Shown here: positions 40,078 to 47,811 of the stretch, in pieces
Position numbering within the stretch: the first letter of the stretch is position 1
Layout: every line of letters starts with the position of its first letter
Assembly (NCBI GenBank): GCA_964612605.1
Contig: CAZTEJ010000002.1
Span: 1-52,957 of the forward strand
DNA length: 52,957 nt
Direction: 5' to 3'
Source of the DNA: an uncultured Clostridium sp.
Lineage (GTDB): Bacteria > Bacillota_I > Bacilli_A > RF39 > UBA660
The notes under the pieces: generated by a model
The model's database searches: none
Told to the model about the DNA's origin: nothing
The model's input: the letters and a program-made list of their open reading frames with translations, nothing else
Program-made: the position numbers and the translations under genes

Positions 40078-40719
40078 TTATTTTTTTAATACCAATCTTT
40101 TTGGATTAGAAGTATAATATCTATCTAACAATGATATTGCTTGTTCTTCTGTTTGCAATCTTATTTTTTCTTGAGTATTTTCTAATGAGTGTAATTGCTT
40201 CATTATTTCAAACAATTCTTCACTATTTCCAAATGGATTAATTTGAAGTGCAATTCTATATAAAAGTCCAGGATGACATGTTTGTAAACATTCCTCACTT
40301 ATTAAATTTACATCTGAGTTATTAAAACTTTTTCTGCCTCTAGAGTATGAATCTTTAAATACTTCTTCAAACATTTGACTTTCCAATGTTTTTTTATTGT
40401 ATCCTGTTAATGATGGAATCATACCTCTAAAACTTTTAGAAAATTCTATATATTCACTATCTAATGCTTCTTCTATTCTATTAAATCTATTGGTTAATCC
40501 ACAATGAACACATTCTACTTCGTTGGCCTCTTTATAATAATCTGTAGAATGATATCCAAATATTTCTTTTCCTTGTCTAAGTTTAACAAATAAGTGATTG
40601 CAATTTCTTATTTCTTCTTGTCTTTTTTGTGTGATTTCAGTAGGAGCAATTCTTAATTTTCTCATACATTGTCCAAATTCATCGTTTATTGGCAATTGTT
40701 TTATTTCTATTTCATTCAT
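40078..40719 (-). CDS. Hypothetical protein with a CxH...CxxC cluster
   Basis: 213-aa ORF with an AGGAGAAAG RBS. NCNH...ECVHCG is a possible zinc site. No family recognised. Confidence 0.5.
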   Translation of the reverse strand: MNEIEIKQLPINDEFGQCMRKLRIAPTEITQKRQEEIRNCNHLFVKLRQGKEIFGYHSTDYYKEANEVECVHCGLTNRFNRIEEALDSEYIEFSKSFRGMIPSLTGYNKKTLESQMFEEVFKDSYSRGRKSFNNSDVNLISEECLQTCHPGLLYRIALQINPFGNSEELFEIMKQLHSLENTQEKIRLQTEEQAISLLDRYYTSNPKRLVLKK

Positions 40720-40810
40720 AATTTTCTTTCTCCTTTTATTATATTTGACAAACTATCTCATTTGTGAATATTTACTTAATACTAATTGTTTTGATTTTGG
40801 TTGACCTTTT

Positions 40811-41122
40811 TTATATTGTAGTTGTAAAAAAATCCTTTTGAACTTTCGTAAACCCATTACTATTTTTATAATATCGTATATTTTTCCAGGAACTAACTGA
40901 ATATCTTCCATACCTCTTATAACAAAATTCGCTATGTGTCATTTTTGATGTGGTGTAATATTTATTTTCTTTCTCAAGTCTACTTTGAATATGTTTATCT
41001 GTATAAGAAGTATGTATCTTATTTGTTTCAATATCCTCAAATGTTTGATATTCAATAATCTGTTTCTTGATAACAAATACTACAGATAATCAAATATCTT
41101 TCAGTACATACAAGAATTCCAT
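40811..41122 (-). pseudogene. 103-codon ORF interrupted by an in-frame TGA at codon 11
   Basis: MEFLYVLKDI-TGA-LSVVFVIKKQIIEYQTFEDIE...SSWKNIRYYKNSNGFTKVQKDFFTTTI. TGG is used for Trp later in the same frame. Confidence 0.35.
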
Positions 41123-41874
41123 TGGATTATATTATTTAAAATTCTAATATTTGTAATATTATCCCCAAAGGAAGCATTTTTTCTCCTTACACATATATTC
41201 TAACATATTAGTTTGTTATTTTTACTCTAGTTTTTGTAGAGAGTGAATGTTTCTTATTATTTGTAACTATTCAGACTTAATACCATTAAAAAGTAAAGAG
41301 TAATACAAATTGCTCTTTTATATTTCTTTTTATAGATGTTTTTATAATTAGCATAGTCTTGAGCTGCATCTATACTTTTAAATCTATTAGATATTTTTAT
41401 TTTTAAGTATATCAATTTCTTCTAATTTATTTTTATCTCTTCATTTTTATTTTGGATAGTTGTATTAAATTTTTCTATTTCTTCAAATAATCTAGCTTGA
41501 CAATCTCTTTGTCTTCCTATTCTTTATCACTATCCCTTGTATATTGATTTTCTCATATAAAGGAAAAAATAGTATCACTTCTTGACGCTATTTTACTTTT
41601 ATTTGAAATTTATAGTTTGAATAGTTATATATTTTAAGCAAGATATCTATTGATGAAATAGTATTTTTTTATATTTTATTGATATTAATACTACCTCATT
41701 TCAACATTTACATTTAAAAATCTACTTTTTTAGTAATAATATTTGATTTGACATTTCATTAAGTTTTTTCAATTATTTAGAACTCCTTATAATTCTTTTT
41801 ATTTTCTTGTTGTTCATATCTTGCATATGTAGCCACCATTGTATCATTTAGATTCTTCATATTATTTATCCTTA

Positions 41875-42690
41875 CTACGAATTAGCTTCAAAGTATTCTA
41901 TATAATCTTCGATATTCCCATCTTTCTTTTTATTGCTGTTATTAACTTTCTTATATTCTAATCCAAAACTTTCAACTAAATCTTTAAATCCTACATCAAT
42001 TAATAGTTTTTCCACACTAGAATTATAATGATTTAATCTAAAAGTATAGAATAATTCTACTTGTTTCTTACTATTTTTATTGATAATTTTTGTTAATTCA
42101 TTAGCACTATCTATTTCTTGTTCTATCAACATATTTAATTTATTATGATACTTTTTAGTATTAAAAATAATATCAGGTATTTCTTTAATTTTTTCATCGG
42201 TTTTACACCAAGTACAGATGGAAACAATAAATAGAATGCACATACAACTCGCAAGTATCCATGCTAAATAAACAATAAATTCAGGACCTTCACAAACTGA
42301 TGCAGATAAAGCAATAGATAATGCCTCGCTAATAACGGAACCAATAGACCATTTTTTAGCATTTTTTGACTTTATAATCAGTTCTTCTTTTTTCTTTTGA
42401 CCTTCCTTATTATTAAAATAACAATCAGCAGATATTTTATCGCCTAATTCATTTATATTATATTTTTTTGCTATATCCATTACCTCATAAAGTCCAAGTT
42501 CTGAGACTTTTTCGTTATAATGAAGTAAAAAGTCATACTTACTACTCATTAATAAATGTTCATCTCTTTGTTTTAGTAATTCATTTGTAAATTTTGAATT
42601 AATGTAAGTATCATATGTTTCCTTACTAATTCCTATATCATCAAATAGTCTTAAGATACGCATCTTTTCTTCATGTTGAAGTTTATTCAT
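41875..42690 (-). CDS. Two-TM hypothetical protein. It is probably the 3' part of a longer gene whose 5' end (to 42862) is frameshifted and carries a TAG.
   Basis: Central hydrophobic pair SIGSVISEALSIALSASV / FIVYLAWILASCMCILFIVSI. Upstream, an RBS plus ATG at 42862 opens MDIKNKFLSRDGQYYDTLTEDSRASIAWDEK. This joins the 271-aa frame only through a 1-nt shift and a TAG at 42726..42724. Confidence 0.5.
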   Translation of the reverse strand: MNKLQHEEKMRILRLFDDIGISKETYDTYINSKFTNELLKQRDEHLLMSSKYDFLLHYNEKVSELGLYEVMDIAKKYNINELGDKISADCYFNNKEGQKKKEELIIKSKNAKKWSIGSVISEALSIALSASVCEGPEFIVYLAWILASCMCILFIVSICTWCKTDEKIKEIPDIIFNTKKYHNKLNMLIEQEIDSANELTKIINKNSKKQVELFYTFRLNHYNSSVEKLLIDVGFKDLVESFGLEYKKVNNSNKKKDGNIEDYIEYFEANS

Positions 42691-42874
42691 TTCTAATTCA
42701 TAATTCTTTTGAATTTTCTCTTGCTATAATTGATAGTTTAATTGATTTTGTTGTTCTTTTGCAAATTCATTTTTCGTCCCAAGCAATACTTGCTCGTGAA
42801 TCTTCCGTCAAAGTATCATAATACTGTCCATCTCTACTTAAAAACTTATTTTTAATATCCATTTTCTAATTCTC

Positions 42875-44170
42875 CTAACTTTTTAGTATTTCATTAATTG
42901 AATTAACCCTTTTAAGATTATTATCATTATATAAATATGGTAATTCCTCTTTAATTAACTCAATTAATTCTAAAATTTCTTCTGGTTTATTATTAATACT
43001 ATAATAATAATAATTTTTACTACCAGCAGGAATGCTCAATGTTCCATACTGTTTAATGGTATGATAACTTTTTGTTCTAGCTTCTGCATATTCTTCTTGT
43101 GAATAAACAAATTTGTTTTTATTTATCTTGTCTAATTGTTTGTAGTCCTCTATAGGAACTTTTGAAATTATATCCTTGAAAACCTCATATATAAACCTAG
43201 TATCAGGGTAATACTTATCATTTAATTTGTTTCTTTCTCTAATATTTTCAGCAATTCTATTCATTGTGTCAAAATATTCTTTTTCTATATTTATATCGTT
43301 CATTTTTATTAAGTTTATAAATAGTATTCTTAATAATTTTTGATTTTTTTCAAAGAAAGATTTAACATAATCATCCTTTTTATCTTTTAATAAACCATCT
43401 ATGAATTCTTTTATAATTTTTTTATTCTTGTTCCATACTTGTAATGTAAGTTTTTTTCCTTCAGTTGTTATAGGTATATAATTAATATCAAATTTTTCAT
43501 TAAAATATAAACCTGAAAAACTATTAATATATTCATTTATTGTAAGTGATAGGTTATTATCGTAAGATTTATAACTACATGGTTCATATACATAATTAAT
43601 TAAGTCTTGATATGTAAATTTTAAGTAATGTTCTTCATCTGATATTGGATCATCTTTACTTAAACTTAGATATAAATAAGTTTTGGTATAAGAATTGTAA
43701 TCAGCTAATTTTTCTAAATCTATTCTATAATTTTTACATTGTTCATCATGTTCTAAACTATCAAGTTTTGCTTCTAATGCTATAAGATATTGCTCTTTTT
43801 TCTCATTTTCTATAACATCGAACTTTATAAGTAAATCAATTCGCCCACTTGGTAACTTCTCTTGAATTTTTATCTCAATATTGGATAAATCACTACTTGA
43901 CATACAAATATTTTTAATATGTGAAAATTTATTATCTATATCTTTGCTTGCGATTAGTTCGCAAAGTAGTTGTAAAGGATAATCACCTAAACCATATGGA
44001 TTGTTTTCATTTAATAATGAGGCTAAAAAATTAGTATGTACATCTTCAAATCTAAAGAAATTTATTTGTTCCAATATACTTGTTTTACCATAATATTTTT
44101 CAAATTCAATCCATTCTTTACTATTTTTTAGTTCGATCAAATTGTTAAACATATCCATTAAGTTAGTCAC
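42875..44170 (-). CDS. PD-(D/E)XK nuclease family protein
   Basis: FEDVHTNFLASLLNENNPYGLGDYPLQLL, then GRIDLLI...YLIALEAKL (D...ExK) and EHDEQCKNY. Confidence 0.65.
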   Translation of the reverse strand: MTNLMDMFNNLIELKNSKEWIEFEKYYGKTSILEQINFFRFEDVHTNFLASLLNENNPYGLGDYPLQLLCELIASKDIDNKFSHIKNICMSSSDLSNIEIKIQEKLPSGRIDLLIKFDVIENEKKEQYLIALEAKLDSLEHDEQCKNYRIDLEKLADYNSYTKTYLYLSLSKDDPISDEEHYLKFTYQDLINYVYEPCSYKSYDNNLSLTINEYINSFSGLYFNEKFDINYIPITTEGKKLTLQVWNKNKKIIKEFIDGLLKDKKDDYVKSFFEKNQKLLRILFINLIKMNDINIEKEYFDTMNRIAENIRERNKLNDKYYPDTRFIYEVFKDIISKVPIEDYKQLDKINKNKFVYSQEEYAEARTKSYHTIKQYGTLSIPAGSKNYYYYSINNKPEEILELIELIKEELPYLYNDNNLKRVNSINEILKS

Positions 44171-44288
44171 CTCAATGACATTATAGCACTTTCTGGTGTA
44201 TCCTCCAATAATTTGCAGTGTAATTTACAAATTTTTATAGTATAAAAAATAATACCTTGTAGTTGCTAAAATTATATTAGTTGAACTT

Positions 44289-44525
44289 ATGAAAATAATT
44301 GATAAAGAAAATTATGAGCAAATTTGGAATTCAATCTCTATGAAAAATCTACATAAAGTAATAATAAGCAATGATTATACGCTCACTAAGGTGGCTATCA
44401 ATTCTAAAGTAAGTGATTCTACTATAATTTCTTATATACCCCTATCTCTTCCGCCTTTAATTAGCATTGCAGACTTTCTAAATGTGAACATTGATTATTT
44501 ACTTGATCGAACTAAAAATAAATAA
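44289..44525 (+). CDS. XRE-type HTH protein, divergent from the PD-(D/E)XK gene
   Basis: YTLTKVAINSKVSDSTIISYI...LISIADFLNVNIDYLLDRT. Confidence 0.6.
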   Translation: MKIIDKENYEQIWNSISMKNLHKVIISNDYTLTKVAINSKVSDSTIISYIPLSLPPLISIADFLNVNIDYLLDRTKNK

Positions 44526-44535
44526 ATTATAACTC

Positions 44536-44578
44536 TGACAAATCTAATGAAATATTTATATTTTCATTAGATTTGTCA
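44536..44578. repeat. Perfect 17-bp inverted repeat (hairpin) 11 nt after the HTH stop
   Basis: tgacaaatctaatgaaa - 9 nt - tttcattagatttgtca. There is no clear U-tract. Confidence 0.7.
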
Positions 44579-44649
44579 TGATAATAATGACTATTTCTAA
44601 ATTTATGCACATAAAATTACTTTATAATCTTCAAACCTATAAATTCAAC

Positions 44650-44672
44650 AAAAAGTGGAGCCTTTCGGCTCC
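44650..44672 (-). terminator. GC-rich GNRA-loop terminator ending the defence operon
   Basis: The minus strand reads GGAGCC-GAAA-GGCTCC followed by ACTTTTT. It is conspicuously GC-rich against an AT-rich background. Confidence 0.7.
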
Positions 44673-44794
44673 TTCAGGGGGCTATTATATTAAAAAAGAG
44701 GATTGTTTAAAATCCCCGTAATATCGACATATAACTCATATAGAGTTTAATAAAATTTAATCAAAAATTGATAAATTTATCTTAATTTGATGGG

Positions 44795-44831
44795 TAGCTG
44801 ATGGGTAGAAATGCTTATCAGCTAATTTTTT
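44795..44831 (+). terminator. Plus-strand-oriented intrinsic terminator directly behind the TIR gene
   Basis: Stem tagctgat/atcagcta with a 14-nt loop, followed by A+TTTTTT on the plus strand. It overlaps a tandem 9-nt repeat gatgggtag (44789..44797 and 44800..44808). Confidence 0.5.
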
Positions 44832-44864
44832 ATAATGACAATATGACATTATATAGATATGCAG

Positions 44865-45374
44865 TTATATCTCATTATACTCTTTCAATCTTCTTGAATT
44901 ATCAATCAATTGATTTCTCTCTGTTCTTGCATAAAATGCATCATTTATAATTTGAATTAATTGATTTTCATTTTGTGGATAATTATATATTTTAGCATAT
45001 CCAGATTTATAATTATCCAAAAGTCTAGCTGGAATAACTGTATTACAAAAATCACATCCAGGTAAAAATATTCCAACTAATCCACTTCTTTTATTATTTT
45101 GATCATTTCTTAATGTAGAAGCTATTTCCCAATCTACATATTTTCTTTTATATGTTTCATTGCCAATCATAACAATAGTAACTGTAGAATCCGACAGATA
45201 ATTTTCGCGTATAACCCTCATTGTATAATCGACATTATTACTGTTTATAGATGTTCCATACTCATTTCCTATAATTCTTCTTATAAAAACATTATTATTA
45301 GAATAATTATTTACAAAATTTGATACTACTTTATCATCTTTATGATGATATGATATAAAAACTTTATGTTGCAT
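44865..45374 (-). CDS. TIR-like protein (DUF1863/ThsB-type)
   Basis: HKVFISYHHKDD at the N-terminus, STVTIVMIGNETYKRKYVDWEIASTL (candidate catalytic Glu in WEI). 169 aa. Its ATG lies 1 nt after the upstream stop and its RBS is inside the upstream gene. Confidence 0.75.
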   Translation of the reverse strand: MQHKVFISYHHKDDKVVSNFVNNYSNNNVFIRRIIGNEYGTSINSNNVDYTMRVIRENYLSDSTVTIVMIGNETYKRKYVDWEIASTLRNDQNNKRSGLVGIFLPGCDFCNTVIPARLLDNYKSGYAKIYNYPQNENQLIQIINDAFYARTERNQLIDNSRRLKEYNEI

Positions 45375-45375
45375 T

Positions 45376-45981
45376 TTATTTTCTCCTTATTTCATCAAGT
45401 TTATTAGTTAATTCAACCACTTTAATATTTACTTTCCACATATCTTCAACAATTTCTTTATATTTAGGATACCTCTTTTGAATTTCTTGTGGTTCTTCAT
45501 CAGAATTTTTTTTCAATTCTTTTTCATACCACTTTCTATATCTAGCTTGATATTTTGTCAAATGGCTTCTTAAATCAGTATTTAATACCTCAATTAAAAG
45601 GTTAACTAATTTATTTACTTCCTCATCGTTTTTTCCAGCCAAATCCTTTATAATTGTCCTAAACTGATTATAAATAGAATACCATGAGTCGTAAACTTCA
45701 ACAATAACATCATTTTCTGGATCAAAAGGTAATGCTAATTTTCTTGTAATTAATTCAGTCCATGCTTTATGAGCTATTATTTTTACTTCCTTATTACATC
45801 CAATATCGACGGTAACTCCTTTAATACAAATTTGTGATACTTTTATATCTTTTAATTTTTTAACTTTATTTATTATCTTAATTATGACTAAAACAAACAA
45901 AATAATTAATGGTAACAAAATTATAACATTATCTAAGCTAATTGTTATTTTATATTTTGATAAATATTTCAATATTTCCAT
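45376..45981 (-). CDS. Single-pass membrane protein with an unrecognised helical C-terminal domain
   Basis: TM helix VIILLPLIILFVLVIIKII. Strong RBS GGGAGGTG before the ATG at 45981 (the ORF track starts at 45996). No family recognised for AHKAWTELITRKLALPFDPENDVIVEVYDSWYSIYNQF. Confidence 0.6.
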   Translation of the reverse strand: MEILKYLSKYKITISLDNVIILLPLIILFVLVIIKIINKVKKLKDIKVSQICIKGVTVDIGCNKEVKIIAHKAWTELITRKLALPFDPENDVIVEVYDSWYSIYNQFRTIIKDLAGKNDEEVNKLVNLLIEVLNTDLRSHLTKYQARYRKWYEKELKKNSDEEPQEIQKRYPKYKEIVEDMWKVNIKVVELTNKLDEIRRK

Positions 45982-46002
45982 ACCAACACCTCCCAATTTT
46001 AA

Positions 46003-47796
46003 CTATAAAGAATAATAATACTCTTTTATTTTTTTTGCCATTAATATTCTACGTTGTTTTAAGAATTCATCAAAATCTTCAACAGTCATATTATCAAATC
46101 CTTCTGGAATACAATTAAGTTTTAAGTTTGATTTTAATATTTCCTTATCAACAATTGACCCGATAGTTGCAATTCCATTATTACATTGATTATTCACTTC
46201 TAACATGTAAGTATTTGGAGCTTTATTAGTTATTTGCAAATTTATTTCAGTTTGAATTAATGCAAAATTTGCAATTTGATTGTAAATGCTTTTATTGTTT
46301 TTACCATTCTTTTGTAAATAATCTTTAGGAAATATATGATGTACATCTCCTCTACCTTCAACTAATGTTCTGACCTTCATATCTTTAGATAAGAATGCAC
46401 TATCATTTAAAGCAATTTGAGCTATAAGATAAGTTTTCCAATAAGGGGAACTAGCTACTGGAGTATTAAAGTTTTCTACTAAAATACTATCCCAGAATGC
46501 ATCACCTAATCTTCTGTCTAACTCATCATTAATATATTGAATTAAATCTTCTGCTTCATTTAATCTTCTTATATCCAAGTCAAATTGAGATTCTGGAGAA
46601 GAAGTATATCTTTGAGTAATAATTGACATTATTACCCATCTCTTAACTAATTTTTCAATTACATCAGGAACTACATTCCTTTCTCTTAATAATAAGAATA
46701 AAATATATCCAAAATTTAATACATTTTGTGATCTAATTAATGAATCGTCAATTATACCTGCAGATTTTAAAATCATTACATATCTTTCAAAGTTAGTTTG
46801 ACTAACAAATGCTTTTACGCCATCATATAATTTTTTATAACTATCTTCTACAATATCTTCTCTATATTCTCTTGTTTCAAAGTCACGACCAGATAGTAAG
46901 CTTACTAAATCTTGTAATTTACCTCTTTTAAACTTATATGTGAATGCTACTCTTAAAACATCTACATAACTTGGTAAATATAAATCTTCATTTTTATCTT
47001 TTATCCATGTTATCTTATTAAAAATATCCTTAGTACTAAATGCAGAATCATTATTTTTTATATTATCAAAATCTACAGGTGTCTTAGCAAAGTGACAGAA
47101 ATAATCAATAGTTTTTCTAATATCATTACCATCATATTTTTCGTTAACACTAATCTTACTCATTGCAAAATCTGCTTGAGATAAAACTACACCAGCTGAA
47201 TTTATTCTAACAAATATTTCTGTTACTGCTTCAATATCTAACATTGAACCTAACTCAATACGACCAATCATTATATTTTTAATAGATTGTAATTTTGTTA
47301 TTTTTTTACTTACTTCATTTGCATCAATATTAAATTTATCTGCATAACTTCTTACAAATTCAAAAGCATTAAATCCAGATTTCATTACTTCTGCTATATC
47401 TGGTATCCACTCTTCTTGTTTTTCAATTGCGGGATTACTTGTTTGAAACTCTTCTGTTTGGAGATTAAATGCAATTTTTATTCTTTTCTTTTTATAATCA
47501 CTATCTAGTACTTCTTTGCCAAGTAATGAAGCTGTTAAAGCTGTAATTCTTTGCTGCCCATCTATCAATATTTGTTTTCCTTCAGACGAAGAGCCATCTT
47601 TTAATTTTACATCAGGACTTTTCCATGTGATTATGTAACCAACAGGGTACTCTCTATATAAAGAATCAATTAAATCTCTAACTTTTGTTGTATCCCATAC
47701 AAATGGTCTTTGTATTTCTGGAATCGCTATAGTTCCATCACTAACATATCCAAGTAACGTTTCAACACTAACATTATTTACATCAAATTTTGCCAT
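46003..47796 (-). CDS. GmrSD-family protein (DUF262 + DUF1524 His-Me finger), a putative type IV restriction enzyme
   Basis: IPEIQRPFVWDTTKVRDLIDSLYREYPVG and LIDGQQRITAL (DUF262). The C-terminal GDVHHIFPKDYL...NQIANFALIQTEIN fits DUF1524. Confidence 0.85.
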   Translation of the reverse strand: MAKFDVNNVSVETLLGYVSDGTIAIPEIQRPFVWDTTKVRDLIDSLYREYPVGYIITWKSPDVKLKDGSSSEGKQILIDGQQRITALTASLLGKEVLDSDYKKKRIKIAFNLQTEEFQTSNPAIEKQEEWIPDIAEVMKSGFNAFEFVRSYADKFNIDANEVSKKITKLQSIKNIMIGRIELGSMLDIEAVTEIFVRINSAGVVLSQADFAMSKISVNEKYDGNDIRKTIDYFCHFAKTPVDFDNIKNNDSAFSTKDIFNKITWIKDKNEDLYLPSYVDVLRVAFTYKFKRGKLQDLVSLLSGRDFETREYREDIVEDSYKKLYDGVKAFVSQTNFERYVMILKSAGIIDDSLIRSQNVLNFGYILFLLLRERNVVPDVIEKLVKRWVIMSIITQRYTSSPESQFDLDIRRLNEAEDLIQYINDELDRRLGDAFWDSILVENFNTPVASSPYWKTYLIAQIALNDSAFLSKDMKVRTLVEGRGDVHHIFPKDYLQKNGKNNKSIYNQIANFALIQTEINLQITNKAPNTYMLEVNNQCNNGIATIGSIVDKEILKSNLKLNCIPEGFDNMTVEDFDEFLKQRRILMAKKIKEYYYSL

Positions 47797-47811
47797 TTTA
47801 TCACCACTTTC

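Noticed and set aside
27932-41092. Possibility that the in-frame TGA codons (27934..27932 and 41092..41090) mean TGA=Trp (genetic code 4), as in Mollicutes or recoded phages
   Set aside because: All long conserved genes (secA, lysS, rnr, dnaB and others) are uninterrupted under the standard code and use TGG for Trp. TGG also occurs in the same interrupted frames. Other lesions nearby are TAA/TAG stops and frameshifts. Nonsense mutation is the simpler explanation.
44578-44721. 47-codon plus-strand ORF (MIIMTISKFMHIK...) in the HTH/TIR intergenic region
   Set aside because: Its ATG lies inside the 17-bp hairpin arm and it has no RBS. The sequence is better explained by terminator and RNA structure elements.
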